DNA from: Myxococcota bacterium
GTDB lineage: Bacteria; Myxococcota_A; UBA796; CAJQPC01
Assembly: GCA_036012755.1 (NCBI GenBank)
Contig: DASCPX010000157.1
Coordinates: 1 to 64,000, forward strand
Direction of reading: 5' to 3'
DNA: 64,000 bases
Position numbers and translations under genes: made by a program. Within the stretch, counting starts at the first letter, position 1, and each line of letters opens with the position of its first letter. The notes under the pieces are model-generated. The model saw nothing but the letters and a program-made list of their open reading frames with translations, did no database searches and was not told the origin of the DNA. Positions 18,034 to 28,702 of the stretch are shown here, piece by piece.

Positions 18034-18980
18034 ACGAGACGAGGTGGGCCCCCTGGCGCCAGGATCTCGACTTGCTGGACGAAGGTGCCGAGGGTGTGAG
18101 CTACCCGCCCCGCGTCGTGAGCCTCGCAGAGCACCTTCATGTTCGGCCCCGCGTCCATGGTCCACCAGGCACCCACGCCCTTCGACCGCAAGCCCTCGAT
18201 CGCGTCCATCAGCGCCACCGAGGCTCCCCGCCAGTACCGGATGGGCGGGTCGCTGGTCATCATGGTCGCGTGCATCTTCAGGGTGGAGCGCTCCATCGCG
18301 GCTCCGAGCGCCCCCAGGTCCTTGTCGAGGACGCCCTGGCGAGCCTGCGACAGGTCCCGCTCGTAGCTGGCGACCCACGCGGCGTACATCGGACTCGTCG
18401 CCATCGTTCGGAGCATGCCCTCTGTGGAGCCCACCTTCTTCCGGCCGCCGTGGACGACGGCGACGACCATGCGCACGTCCCAGTGCTCGGGCGGCGCCAG
18501 GTGGACCCCGTGGGAGTCGTTCCCGTCCGGCTCGCTGCCTCGGCGCCACTCGACCCAGCCACCCCAGATGCTGCGACAAGCGCTGCCGGAGCCGCGGCGC
18601 GCCAGCACGGAGAGCTCCTCTGGCGTGAGCTCGTGACCTCCCTCCGCCATCGCCGCGACCGTCAGCGCCGAGAACGCGGAGGAGCTGGAGGCGAGACCAG
18701 CGGCGGCTGGGAAGTTGCTCTCGCTGACGACCTGGGCCGGCCTTCGACCTGGCAGGATGAGGTCGAGGTGCTCGAAGACGCGGAACGCCTCGCCGCCGGT
18801 GACCGTTCGGCCATTGATGACCAGCAGGTCCATCTCGACGCCGAGATCCACCCGAGTCCGGGTCTGGAACTTGTCCAGCGTGAGCGAGATCGAGGACGTC
18901 GACGGGAGGTTGAGCTCCCGGTCCCTCTTGCCCCAGTACTTGACGAGGGCGATGTTCGGATGGGCGATCGCGGTAGCCAT
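18030..18980 (-). CDS. mvaD: Diphosphomevalonate decarboxylase
   Basis: NIALVKYWGK, AAGLASSSS, RRGSGSACRS, TMDAGPN. Confidence 0.97.
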   Translation of the reverse strand: MATAIAHPNIALVKYWGKRDRELNLPSTSSISLTLDKFQTRTRVDLGVEMDLLVINGRTVTGGEAFRVFEHLDLILPGRRPAQVVSESNFPAAAGLASSSSAFSALTVAAMAEGGHELTPEELSVLARRGSGSACRSIWGGWVEWRRGSEPDGNDSHGVHLAPPEHWDVRMVVAVVHGGRKKVGSTEGMLRTMATSPMYAAWVASYERDLSQARQGVLDKDLGALGAAMERSTLKMHATMMTSDPPIRYWRGASVALMDAIEGLRSKGVGAWWTMDAGPNMKVLCEAHDAGRVAHTLGTFVQQVEILAPGGPPRLV

Positions 18981-19855
18981 CAGGGTTCCGTCGCGTGGGC
19001 GTCCTGCCCCCCGCAGGGGATCGTGCAGCGAAATGCGTGGATACCACGCGCTCGGGCGGCGCGGAGTGTGTCTTGTCCTCCGCCGGGGCAGAGGGCCAGG
19101 ACCACCCCTCCTCCTCCGGCCCCGGAGAGCTTGGCTCCCAGTGCCCCGTTGCGGCGCGCGAGACCCACGAGCTCGTCCAGCTTCGGGGTGCTCACGCCGA
19201 TCGCGGCGAGGTGCGCGTGGGCCTCGTCCATGGCCTCCCCGAGGGCGCGAGCGTCGTCGAGGTGGGGGAGGGAGCGCTCGACGAGCTCGCCGAGTCGATC
19301 GAGCACCGGGTCTATGGCCGGACGGCGCGCGGCGACACCCGCGACGAGCTCTGCTGTGTTTCCCGCGGTCCCGGAGTCGAGGACGACCACCGTGCTCGGC
19401 GGCATCGAAACGGACCTGGGCTTCTTCCCGCGCCGGTAGACCAGCGCACCTTCAGAGGCCGAGACCGCGTGGTCGATGCCGCTGGGCTGTCCGTGGAAGA
19501 TCTGCTCCAGCGCAAAGCCCTCGGCGTGCAGCCAGGTGAAGTCGGGCTCGATGCCCTCCAGCGCCGCGCGCAGTCGCAAGAGGGCGATCGAGAGCGAGGC
19601 GGACGAGCCCATGCCCCGCCCGATCGGGAGGTCGGTGGCGATGTCGACCCGGTAGCCCCGGCTCGGGAGCGCCAGCGCAAGGGCGGCGTCGAGGCGGTCG
19701 TCACGGATCGCGCTCTCCCCGAGCACGGTGAGCCCCTCGTGGGGCCGGAGCGTCACGGTGGTGCGCAGCGACACGGCGGCGGCAAGCGCGCGGTGACCGT
19801 AGACCACCGAGTGTTCGCCAAGGACGATGAGCTTGCCGGGGGCCGAGGCCCTCAC
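18980..19855 (-). CDS. mvk: Mevalonate kinase
   Basis: PGKLIVLGEHSVVYG, PIGRGMGSSA, HGQPSGID, GAKLSGAGGGG. Confidence 0.95.
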   Translation of the reverse strand: MRASAPGKLIVLGEHSVVYGHRALAAAVSLRTTVTLRPHEGLTVLGESAIRDDRLDAALALALPSRGYRVDIATDLPIGRGMGSSASLSIALLRLRAALEGIEPDFTWLHAEGFALEQIFHGQPSGIDHAVSASEGALVYRRGKKPRSVSMPPSTVVVLDSGTAGNTAELVAGVAARRPAIDPVLDRLGELVERSLPHLDDARALGEAMDEAHAHLAAIGVSTPKLDELVGLARRNGALGAKLSGAGGGGVVLALCPGGGQDTLRAARARGIHAFRCTIPCGGQDAHATEP

Positions 19856-21123
19856 TGCAGCTCTGCCAGGATGCGCCGGGCCCGCTCGACGGAGAAGTCC
19901 TGCGCCTCGAAGAGCCCCGCGGCGACTCGGGGGACCTGGTCGGGGCGGGCTCCGGCGCTGGCCGCCACGGCTCGAGCGTGCATGCGCATGTGGCCTTGCT
20001 GGATGCCCTCTGTCGCCAGGGCGCGCAGCGCACCGAGGTTCTGCGCGAGTCCAACCGCGGCCATCAGCGCCGCGAGGTCACGGGCCTTGGTCACGCCCAT
20101 GAGCTCGAGGTTCGACTTCGCCGTGGGATGAACGCGAATCGGACCGCCGACGGTGCCCACCTGGAGCGGGAGCTCGAGCTCCCCAGTGAGCATGCCGTCC
20201 TCGACCGTCCAGCGGGAGAGGCTGCGGTACTGCCCGTCCCGAGAGGCCCAGGCGTGGGCGCCGGCTTCGATGGCTCGCCAGTCGTTGCCGGTGGCGATGG
20301 CGACGGCGTCGATGCCGTTCATGATGCCCTTGTTGTGGGTGGCGGCCCGGTGGGGGTCGGCGTAGGCGAAGCGGTAGGCCGCGGCGATGCCCTCTGCGAC
20401 CTCCTCGCCGCCGAGGTCACCGTGGTCGAGGTGCTCCGGGCGCAGCCGGACCCTGGCCCTGGCCAGGCGCCTGTCCGCCAGGTTCGAGAGGATGCGCACG
20501 CCGACGCGCTCGCCTGTGATGCGCTCGACGGCGGGGGCGAGACGTTCGGCGATGGTGTTCACCATGTTGGCGCCCATCGCATCCACGCAGTCGAGGTGGA
20601 AGTGGAGGACGACGAAGGTCTCCGGCGCTTGACCGGGCTCGTCGTAGCGCACGAGATGGACGTCCATGCCGCGCAGCCCGCCGCCGCGCTCTTCGAGCCG
20701 GGGATGAACGCCCCTGGCAAGGGGCTCGAGCTCGCAGATGCCCTCCCGCAGCCGTTCCGCGGCAACTCGGACGTCTCCCTTGCAGATGACCTGCACCTGC
20801 CCGGTCATGACGCTGTCGTCGGCCTCTGCGTGGATGCCTCCGGCCGTCCGCGTCAAGCGGGCCATGTTCGACACCGCGGCCACGACGCTGGGCTCCTCGA
20901 CGACCATCGGCACGACCACGTCCCGACCATTCACGAGGAGGTTGATGCCCACAGCGTTGGGCAACCCGAAGGTGCAGATGACGTTCTCCACCATCAGGTC
21001 GGCGGTCTTCAGGTCGAGCGAGGCGCTCCGGTAGCTCTCCAAGTCGATCCCGAGCGCCTCCTCGAGAGCGCCGAGACGGGCCTCGGGGGGGAGCCGGTAA
21101 AAGCCGGGGATGCGACTGCCCAT
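19852..21123 (-). CDS. mvaA: HMG-CoA reductase, class II
   Basis: ENVI, EEPSVVAA, DAMGAN, ILSNL, ATHNKGIMNG, GNDWRA, GIQQGHM. Confidence 0.95.
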   Translation of the reverse strand: MGSRIPGFYRLPPEARLGALEEALGIDLESYRSASLDLKTADLMVENVICTFGLPNAVGINLLVNGRDVVVPMVVEEPSVVAAVSNMARLTRTAGGIHAEADDSVMTGQVQVICKGDVRVAAERLREGICELEPLARGVHPRLEERGGGLRGMDVHLVRYDEPGQAPETFVVLHFHLDCVDAMGANMVNTIAERLAPAVERITGERVGVRILSNLADRRLARARVRLRPEHLDHGDLGGEEVAEGIAAAYRFAYADPHRAATHNKGIMNGIDAVAIATGNDWRAIEAGAHAWASRDGQYRSLSRWTVEDGMLTGELELPLQVGTVGGPIRVHPTAKSNLELMGVTKARDLAALMAAVGLAQNLGALRALATEGIQQGHMRMHARAVAASAGARPDQVPRVAAGLFEAQDFSVERARRILAELQ

Positions 21124-21189
21124 TGGGCGCGAGATAGCAACCGTGGCCGCCCAAAGCAAGGGTGGAGACGCCCGTGATAGCGTGGCGGA

Positions 21190-22428
21190 GTGGCTCTGAT
21201 CGCACTGCTGGCGGCCTGTGGGCATCGCGCTGACGACTCCGTCGACACCGCGTCCGTCGACTCCAACGACACCGGGGACCTGCCCCCGCTGGAGCGCCAG
21301 ACGGGTGAGGAGGTGCTCGGCGGCGACTACTGGACCGGCGACGCGGGGGACGGTCTGGGCGCCGTGATGTTCGTCGGTGAGACCGCATGGTTGTCGGCGG
21401 CTCAGCGCGACGGCGGGGTCGGGGCGGTCTGCCACGCGGGGGAGACAGGCCCCGTCGAGCCATGCTGGACCGGCCGGACATCGAGGGGATTCCTCGGCAA
21501 CAGCGTCGCGGCCCATGGTGACCACCTGGCCGCTGGCGCTTTCTGGGACGACACGGGGGGGAGCTGGGCCGGCTCGGTGTTCCTCCTGGATGACGCCGGA
21601 GGCTCGGCGGAGGACGCCTCGGCCACCTGGAGTGGCACCGGCGGCGACTACGCTGGCTCCTCTCTCTCCGTTGGCGACCTGACCGGAGACGGCGGCGAGG
21701 ACCTCGCGGTGGGCGGTTTCGCGGCGGGCGCCAACTCCGTCGGAAGGATCTGGCTCGTGGACGGCTCTGGTGGATCTCTGGAGGACGCCTCCGACCTGGT
21801 GGAGGGCAGCGTCGCTGACGGTTGGCTCGGAATGGACTCCTCCGTGGGCGACGTGGACGGCGACGGGCAGGACGACCTCTTCGCCGGCGCGGTCGGAGAG
21901 AACGCCGAGGCTGGAGCTGCGTACCTCTTCCTCGGCCCCATCGCCGGCACCGTGGTCTCTGGCGACAGCGACGTGCGCGTCTACGGGGAGGCGACCTTCG
22001 GCTACGCGGGCAAGTCAGTCGCCCTCGGGGACGTCGACGGGGATGGTCTCGACGACCTCGCGGTGGCCGAGTCGGACATCGACCGTGTCCACCTGATCCT
22101 CGGACCTGGCGACAGCGGGCCTCTGTCGGGGTCCGACGCCAGCATCTCGGGCGCGGGACGCTTCGGTTTCTCGCTGGAGTCCGAGGACCTGGACCGCGAC
22201 GGCTTCGCCGACCTCGCTGTCGGCTCGACGCGCTTCGAGGAGACAGGCGCCGCCTTCGTCTTCTACGGCCCGTTCTCGGGAGAGCTCACCCACGAGGACG
22301 CCGACTGGACGCTCCTGGGCGAGGCCGCCAGCGACAAGGCTGGCATCGAGGTGCAGATCTTCTCGAACCAGCTGTTCGTGGGGGCGTCTGGCCCGGAGGA
22401 TGGCGCAGGCAGGGTCTACCGCCCGTAG
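21190..22428 (+). CDS. FG-GAP/integrin-alpha beta-propeller lipoprotein
   Basis: Repeated GDxDGDGxDDL...G.AY.F.G units; LAAC lipobox. Confidence 0.9.
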   Translation: MALIALLAACGHRADDSVDTASVDSNDTGDLPPLERQTGEEVLGGDYWTGDAGDGLGAVMFVGETAWLSAAQRDGGVGAVCHAGETGPVEPCWTGRTSRGFLGNSVAAHGDHLAAGAFWDDTGGSWAGSVFLLDDAGGSAEDASATWSGTGGDYAGSSLSVGDLTGDGGEDLAVGGFAAGANSVGRIWLVDGSGGSLEDASDLVEGSVADGWLGMDSSVGDVDGDGQDDLFAGAVGENAEAGAAYLFLGPIAGTVVSGDSDVRVYGEATFGYAGKSVALGDVDGDGLDDLAVAESDIDRVHLILGPGDSGPLSGSDASISGAGRFGFSLESEDLDRDGFADLAVGSTRFEETGAAFVFYGPFSGELTHEDADWTLLGEAASDKAGIEVQIFSNQLFVGASGPEDGAGRVYRP

Positions 22429-22441
22429 ATTCGCGGGACCT

Positions 22442-24148
22442 TCATCCGGCCTCTTCGGTGATCGCCTGGGAGGCATAGAGCTGGTCGATCAGTCCGCTGT
22501 ACCGTGTCGCCACCACCTGGCGCTTGACCTTGCGGGTGGGTGTCAGGGTGCCCTGTTCGACCCCCAACCGCTCCGGGAGGAGCGCCCAGGCCCGGACCTG
22601 CTCGAAGGGTGCGAGCTCGCGGTTGGCGGCCTCGACCAGCGGCTCTATGTCTGCCTCCTCAGCGGCCTGGATCAGCGCGACACAGAAGGGCCGGTCGTGC
22701 CCGAAGAGCACAGCTCGGACGATGCCCGGGTGCGCCTCCAGGAGGTCCTCGACCCGCCGGGGCGCGACACGCTTCCCGGACAGCAGACGCAGCATGTCCG
22801 CCCGGCGCCCGCTGATCGTGAGGAAACCCTCGCTGTCGAGGTGCCCCAGGTCGCCGGTGTGGAGCCAGCCGTCCTCGAGGGCCCGTGCCGTGGCCTCGGG
22901 CAGTCCGTGGTAGCCGCGCATCACCCCGCTTCCGCGCAGCAGGATCTCGCCATCCTCGGCGATCCGGACGTCGACGCCGACCAGTGGCAGGCCCACGGTG
23001 CCGAGCTTGAACCGCTCGAGCCGGTTCACGAAGGTCGCCGCGGAGGACTCGGTGAGGCCGTAGCCCTCCATGATCGGCATGCCGGCGGCCAGGAAGCGCT
23101 CGGCGACGGTCTCGGACAGCGGCGCAGCGCCCGAGATGAAGACGCGGACGCGACCCCCGAAGCGCTCGCGCATGCGGCTGAACACCAGGCGCTCGGCGAG
23201 CTTGTAGCGCGTACTCAGGAGGGCGCCGGGGCGCTCGCCGCGCTCCCGGAGTCGAGCGACCTCCACTCCGAGAGCGACGGAGTCGTCGAAGGCGCGTCTC
23301 ATCAGGGCGCCGCCGGATCTGCCTTCGTTCTCCAGCATCTCCCACGACTTCTCGAAGAAACGGGGTACGGCCGCCATGATGGTCGGGCGGATCGCGCGCA
23401 GGTTGTGGGCGAGGTCCTCCAGCGAACCGTCCACCGCGGTGGGCGCGCCAGCGCGGATGCTGGCGATGGCGAGCACCTTCGCGAAGGCGTTGGCCAGCGG
23501 CAGGTAGAGGAAGTGCACGTCGTGCGGGCCCATGAAGCCGAGCTTCTCGATGGCCTCGCCCTCGAAGACCCAGCCGCCGTGGGTGAGCTCGACGCCCTTC
23601 GGTCGACCGGTCGTGCCAGAGGTGTACAGGATGGTGGCGACCTCGTCGCTGCCGATGTCCTCCGCCTTGCAGCTGTGCCCCTGTCCGAGGCGCGTGAGCT
23701 TCTCTGTGCCGATGACGCGGGACTGGCGTCCCTGTCCCTCGAAGAGCACGAAGGTGTCCAGCTCGCAGAGGGCCGCGAGGCGCTCTGCTTGCTCCCTGTG
23801 CTCGACGAAGCAGAGCCTGGCCCCGCTGTCGGAGAGGATGTGTGTCCAGTCCTCCTCTGGCGCGCTCGGGTAGATGGTCGTCGCGATCGCCCCGCAGCGG
23901 AGGATCGCCATGTCGGCGATGAGGAACTCGGGGCGGGTCGAACTGAGGATGGCGACCACGTCGCCGGGCCCCACACCCAGGGCGCGCAAGCCCGCCGACC
24001 ACTCCTCTGCCATCCGGCCGCACTGGCCCCAGGTGAGTGAATACCAGCTGCCGGCGCGGCGGCCATAGAGACCCTCGGCGTCCGGGGTCGAGGTCACGCG
24101 ATGCTCCCAGATCCCGACGACGCTGTCGAAGCTGGCCGAGCGCTTCAT
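22442..24148 (-). CDS. Long-chain fatty acid--CoA ligase
   Basis: YTSGTTGRPKG, EGYGLTE, GWLHTGDLG, TPTRKVKR. Confidence 0.93.
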   Translation of the reverse strand: MKRSASFDSVVGIWEHRVTSTPDAEGLYGRRAGSWYSLTWGQCGRMAEEWSAGLRALGVGPGDVVAILSSTRPEFLIADMAILRCGAIATTIYPSAPEEDWTHILSDSGARLCFVEHREQAERLAALCELDTFVLFEGQGRQSRVIGTEKLTRLGQGHSCKAEDIGSDEVATILYTSGTTGRPKGVELTHGGWVFEGEAIEKLGFMGPHDVHFLYLPLANAFAKVLAIASIRAGAPTAVDGSLEDLAHNLRAIRPTIMAAVPRFFEKSWEMLENEGRSGGALMRRAFDDSVALGVEVARLRERGERPGALLSTRYKLAERLVFSRMRERFGGRVRVFISGAAPLSETVAERFLAAGMPIMEGYGLTESSAATFVNRLERFKLGTVGLPLVGVDVRIAEDGEILLRGSGVMRGYHGLPEATARALEDGWLHTGDLGHLDSEGFLTISGRRADMLRLLSGKRVAPRRVEDLLEAHPGIVRAVLFGHDRPFCVALIQAAEEADIEPLVEAANRELAPFEQVRAWALLPERLGVEQGTLTPTRKVKRQVVATRYSGLIDQLYASQAITEEAG

Positions 24149-24837
24149 GGCTTGCCGTAGGTCCGGCGCAGGTAGTCGACGATCTCGGCGCTCTCGAACA
24201 TCTCGGCGCCGGTGTTGGGATCCAGCAGGTAGGGCACCATCATGCGCCCGCTCCGCTGGACGAAGGCCGGGCGCGAGGGGCTCCTCTTGCCGACGTTGTG
24301 GAGGATGTGCGGCAGCTCCAGCGCGCTGAGCTCCTCGCGCACAAGGCGGCAGAAGGGAGAGATGTCGAATGACCAGAGCTCGAGGGGCAGCGCGGGCTCC
24401 CTCGAGGGCCGCGCGCTGTACCCGAAGCCCGGCCGGAACAGACCCGCGAGGCTGCAGAGCAGGTTCGTCAGCGGCCCCAAGCGCAACATCAGCGGGGGCG
24501 CCGTGACGCCGTAGTTCCGGTAGAGGTGGGCGACGATGTCGTTGGACTCCCACATCGCCTCGCCGGTGTTGTCGTCGACGAGGAAGGGGAACATGCTCTT
24601 GCCCCTGGCCACCACAGCAGGCCGGAAGCGCTCACCGCCCTTGGGACAAGGACGGATCTCCACCTCGAGGTCCAACATCGTCAGGGCCTCGCGCACCTTT
24701 CGGCAGTAGGGGCAGGCCTCGAACTCGTAGAGCACGAAGCGCTGCTCTGGTCGCGGCCCAAGCTGGCCGACGTACATGCCCATCGGCCAGCGCGGCACGC
24801 AAGCGAGGCTCGAGCTCGCGACCTGGAGTGCCCGCAT
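24145..24837 (-). CDS. Tandem GST-N/glutaredoxin-domain protein
   Basis: Two homologous halves: CPYCRKVRE..PFLVDDNTG..ES and SPFCRLVRE..PYLLDPNTG..ES. Confidence 0.88.
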   Translation of the reverse strand: MRALQVASSSLACVPRWPMGMYVGQLGPRPEQRFVLYEFEACPYCRKVREALTMLDLEVEIRPCPKGGERFRPAVVARGKSMFPFLVDDNTGEAMWESNDIVAHLYRNYGVTAPPLMLRLGPLTNLLCSLAGLFRPGFGYSARPSREPALPLELWSFDISPFCRLVREELSALELPHILHNVGKRSPSRPAFVQRSGRMMVPYLLDPNTGAEMFESAEIVDYLRRTYGKP

Positions 24838-25379
24838 CAGCCGCCGCTGTAGGTGGCGGTGAAGTTCAGCGTGAAGCCACAGGGGATCGTCAGGCCGGCG
24901 GTCGTCGCCACCTCCTCGCAGTCCTCTCCGGCGCAGGTGGTCTCGACGACCTGCTGCCCGCTCATGGTGTTCTCGTCCGAGAAGCTCCCCATCGGGGTGG
25001 CGGTGCCGGTGATGATCGCGTCCCATTCCGGATCGAGGTCGCTGGCGTCGATCGTGAGCACCGTCTGGGTGTCACAGCTGAAGTCCATCTCGGAGAGCGC
25101 GCAGGTGAAGGTCTGGACACCCTCGTCGCCCTGCACGGTGACCGTGAAGGCCCCTTCGCCAGCATCGGCCAGCGTGATCGTGCTCCCGCCGGGGGCGCCG
25201 GTGTCGTCGTCCTCGAAGTTGCAGGTGTCGTCGGTCGTCTCGCCGTCGACGGTCAGCCAGTCGCCCCAGGTGGGCGCGAAGGGCTCCGGCTCCGAGTCAT
25301 GGGTGACCTCGCTGTCGTCGGTCGATGCGCTGTCGTTGTCCTTGTCGCCACAAGAGAGCGCGAAGAGCAGGCGGATCAT
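24837..25379 (-). CDS. Hypothetical acidic Cys-containing lipoprotein
   Basis: [10 protein letters not shown] after AAGGAGG RBS. Confidence 0.75.
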   Translation of the reverse strand: MIRLLFALSCGDKDNDSASTDDSEVTHDSEPEPFAPTWGDWLTVDGETTDDTCNFEDDDTGAPGGSTITLADAGEGAFTVTVQGDEGVQTFTCALSEMDFSCDTQTVLTIDASDLDPEWDAIITGTATPMGSFSDENTMSGQQVVETTCAGEDCEEVATTAGLTIPCGFTLNFTATYSGG

Positions 25380-26761
25380 GGTGTCTCCTCCTTGATGATC
25401 GGGGATCTGCTATCGCAGTCGAACAGAGCGGGAGCGCTACAAGCTCCGGCCTCTGGGCTGACCGCCTCTGCTGCGTAGAGCCGACCGGTGGGCATCGCAT
25501 CCGTGCAGGCGGTCGGGCCGAGCCACCAGACCTGCATGCCCTCGCGTTCGTAGGCGAGCTGAAGCGGCGCCGGGAGCTCCGGACCGATCCACATCGTGCG
25601 CCACGCAGCGGCGTCGAAGCGCTCCGCGCAGTAGTCGAGGTCCACGCTGTGACGAGGCCAGCGCAGGTAGAGGTTCGGCCCGTTGTCCCGGCCTCCCAGG
25701 GCCCACGATCCGCTCTGTTCCTTCATCCACATGGTGAGGTCCTGGAGGCGCACCTGGGTCTGGGCTTCAGCGCGCACGGCGTCGATGTGCCGGGGAGCCT
25801 CGCGTATTGTGAAGCACGCCACCAGGGCACCGAGCAGCCAGATGAGCCTCGATCTGGAAGCGACGATGCCGAGGGCGGCGACCGGCAGGAGGACAGCCGT
25901 GTGTCGGTCCTGGGCGAAGAAGAACAAGAGCAGCGGTAGCGGGGCCAGCGCGATGAGGGCTGTGGGCCGGCCAGCTCGGTAGAAGCCGATCGCGCCCAGC
26001 ACGATGAGCAGGTGGTGGTCGCCGTGTTCTCGGAGCAGGTGGAAGAGGAGGTCGGCCCACACGCGCAGCGCGCCGCGGCTCCAGTCCGTGCCTACGGTCT
26101 GTGCCCACGGCGGCGGCTCGGCGCCGAAGGGCGTCGTGCGCAGGGGCATGGCGAGACGCTCGGGCAACAGCTCACCCAGTCCGGCGACCAGGGCGGCGCC
26201 GAGAACGAGGACGAGCAGGGCGGCGCCGATGGTCCACCTGCGATCGCGCCGCGCCAGGAGCGCCAGGCAGGCGGCTGGGAGCACGACCAGCCCGTGCTCG
26301 CGAGTGGCCGCGAGCAGCGCCGCGAGGAGCACCAGCGGCCAGGCGCGGCCTGTGTCTTCGAGGTGGAGCGCGGCTGCCAGGACCATGAGCAGGAGGAGCT
26401 GTGTGAGCGCGTCCGGTTGCAGTTGGACTGCCTGGACCAGCACGTCGGGGACGAGCAACACCGCCACCGCGACCGGGGCGACCTCGAGTCTCTGCGAGAG
26501 CCGGACCAGCAACACGCCGACCCCGGTGAAGGCGGCGATGGAGACGATGCCTCCGGTCCACCAGGGCAGAGCGAAGACCGAGAGCAGGGCCAGGATCGCC
26601 GGGTAGAGGGGCTGCACCCCGCCGAGTTCGCTGGCCGCGAGACCCCACATCGCGGCGTCGGGGCCCAGCGGGACGGCCAGCCCGAGCAGCTCGCGCAGTC
26701 CGACCGACAGGGCGGTCAGGATCGCCCACGCCGCGAGGCTAGTAGGGAGGTTCCTTGCCAT
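25376..26761 (-). CDS. Polytopic membrane protein, possible GT-C glycosyltransferase
   Basis: Many TMs with GPD, PLYP, QPDA, TREHG motifs. Confidence 0.55.
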   Translation of the reverse strand: MARNLPTSLAAWAILTALSVGLRELLGLAVPLGPDAAMWGLAASELGGVQPLYPAILALLSVFALPWWTGGIVSIAAFTGVGVLLVRLSQRLEVAPVAVAVLLVPDVLVQAVQLQPDALTQLLLLMVLAAALHLEDTGRAWPLVLLAALLAATREHGLVVLPAACLALLARRDRRWTIGAALLVLVLGAALVAGLGELLPERLAMPLRTTPFGAEPPPWAQTVGTDWSRGALRVWADLLFHLLREHGDHHLLIVLGAIGFYRAGRPTALIALAPLPLLLFFFAQDRHTAVLLPVAALGIVASRSRLIWLLGALVACFTIREAPRHIDAVRAEAQTQVRLQDLTMWMKEQSGSWALGGRDNGPNLYLRWPRHSVDLDYCAERFDAAAWRTMWIGPELPAPLQLAYEREGMQVWWLGPTACTDAMPTGRLYAAEAVSPEAGACSAPALFDCDSRSPIIKEETP

Positions 26762-27722
26762 CGGCGACGAGGTGGCAGGCGGCCGAGTGGCCCTCTTCCA
26801 CCACCACGGTCGGCGGCGGCTCGTGCCTGCACTTGTCGGTGACGTAGGGACACCGAGGATGGAAGTGGCACCCGCTCGGCGGGTTGATCGGGTTCGGCAC
26901 GTCCCCTTGGAGGAGGATGCGCTGCTTCTTCCGGCGCGGCTTCGGCACCGGGATCGCCGACAGCAGGGCCTGGGTGTAGGGATGGCGCGGGTCCTCGAAC
27001 AGCGCGTCTCGGTCCGAGAGCTCCACGATTCGTCCGAGGTACATCACCGCGATGCGGTCGGAGATGTGCTTCACGACGGCCAGGTCGTGGGCGATGAACA
27101 GGTAGGCCAGCCCGAGCTCGTCCTGCAGCTCTTCGAGCAGGTTGATGACCTGGGCCTGGATGCTCACGTCCAGCGCCGAGACCGCCTCATCGCAGACGAT
27201 GAACCTGGGGTTCAGGGCCAACGCGCGGGCGATTCCGATGCGCTGCCGCTGGCCGCCGCTGAACTCGTGGGGGAATCGCCCCAGGTGGGAGGGCAGCATC
27301 CCGACCTTCTCCACCAGCTCGACCACGCGGTCCGTCAACGCCTCGCCGGAGGCGATCCCGTGGACCTCGAGGGACTCGCCGATGATGCGCTCGACGTTCA
27401 GCCGCGGGTTCAGAGAGCTGTAGGGATCCTGGAAGATGATCTGCATGTCCCGCCGGAGCTGGCGAAGCTCCGAGTGACGCATCTCGAAGATGTTCTTGCC
27501 GTCGAAGACGGCCTCGCCCGCCGTGGGCTCGAGCAGACGCAGGAGGGTCCGCCCGGCGGTCGTCTTTCCGCAGCCGGACTCGCCGACGAGGCCCAGGGTC
27601 TCCCCGGCGTCCAGCGTCAGATCGACACCGTCGACGGCCTTGACGTGCCCGGTGACCCTGCCGAGCAGTCCCTTTCGGATCTCGAAGTGCTTCTTGAGCC
27701 CTCTGACCTCGAGCAGCGGCAT
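26739..27722 (-). CDS. Peptide ABC transporter ATPase (OppF/DppF-like)
   Basis: [30 protein letters not shown]-terminal Cys motif. Confidence 0.95.
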   Translation of the reverse strand: MPLLEVRGLKKHFEIRKGLLGRVTGHVKAVDGVDLTLDAGETLGLVGESGCGKTTAGRTLLRLLEPTAGEAVFDGKNIFEMRHSELRQLRRDMQIIFQDPYSSLNPRLNVERIIGESLEVHGIASGEALTDRVVELVEKVGMLPSHLGRFPHEFSGGQRQRIGIARALALNPRFIVCDEAVSALDVSIQAQVINLLEELQDELGLAYLFIAHDLAVVKHISDRIAVMYLGRIVELSDRDALFEDPRHPYTQALLSAIPVPKPRRKKQRILLQGDVPNPINPPSGCHFHPRCPYVTDKCRHEPPPTVVVEEGHSAACHLVADGKEPPY

Positions 27723-28702
27723 CAGGCTCGACCCTCTTCGACCGCGTGGCAGGCGACGGTGTGCCCGGTGCCGACGGCTCTCAGCGGAGGCTCCTCGGCC
27801 GCGCAGCGTTCATTGGCGAGGGGACACCGGTTCCGGAATCGGCAGCCGCTGGGGAACTCCAGCGGCGATGGCACGACTCCAGGGATGACCTCGAGCTTGG
27901 TCGCCCGGCTGTCGATGTCCGGCAGGCTCCTGAACAGACCCACCGTGTAGGGGTGCTGGGGTGCCTCGTAGAGCGTGACGACGTCGGCGTGCTCGACGAC
28001 CTTGCCCGCGTACATGACGGCGACGTGGTCGCTGACCTCTGCGACCACACCGAGGTCGTGGGTGATGAACAGGATCGAGGTGCCGAAGTCCTCTTGCAGG
28101 CTGTTCATGAGCTCGAGGATCTGAGCCTGGATCGTCACGTCCAGCGCTGTCGTCGGCTCGTCTGCGATGAGCAGCCGCGGGTCGCAGGACAGGGCCATCG
28201 CGATCATGACGCGCTGGCGCATGCCACCGGAGAGCTGATGCGGGTACTCGTCGACGCGCTGGTCGGGCTTGGGGATTCCGACCCGGTCGAGCATCTCGAC
28301 CGAGTAGTCGTGAGCCTCTATGCGGGTCATGCCCTTGTGGAGGCGCAGGGCCTCTCCGATCTGTTCACCCACCCGGTAGACCGGGTTCAGCGAGGTCATC
28401 GGCTCCTGGAAGATCATCGCGATCTGGTCGCCGCGTACAGCCCTTCGCTCGGCTTCGTTGGCCTTGCGGAGGTCCTTGCCCTCGAAGATGATCTCTCCGC
28501 CGGCCTCGATGCCGGGAGGGCAGGGGATGAGCCCCATCACGGACAGGGCCGTGACCGACTTTCCGCACCCGGACTCGCCGACCACCGACAGGGTCTGCCC
28601 CGAGGGGATCTCGTAGTTCACCCCATCGACGGCCTTTGCGATGCCGTCTTCCATGCGGAACCAGGTCTTGAGGTCTCGCAGCTCGAGGATGGGCTGGCTC
28701 AA
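27722..28702 (-). CDS. Peptide ABC transporter ATPase (OppD/DppD-like)
   Basis: [28 protein letters not shown] start. Confidence 0.95.
   Translation of the reverse strand: MSQPILELRDLKTWFRMEDGIAKAVDGVNYEIPSGQTLSVVGESGCGKSVTALSVMGLIPCPPGIEAGGEIIFEGKDLRKANEAERRAVRGDQIAMIFQEPMTSLNPVYRVGEQIGEALRLHKGMTRIEAHDYSVEMLDRVGIPKPDQRVDEYPHQLSGGMRQRVMIAMALSCDPRLLIADEPTTALDVTIQAQILELMNSLQEDFGTSILFITHDLGVVAEVSDHVAVMYAGKVVEHADVVTLYEAPQHPYTVGLFRSLPDIDSRATKLEVIPGVVPSPLEFPSGCRFRNRCPLANERCAAEEPPLRAVGTGHTVACHAVEEGRA

Noticed and set aside
21700..22330. GACGGCGACGG-type DNA repeats
   Set aside because: Explained by FG-GAP protein repeats
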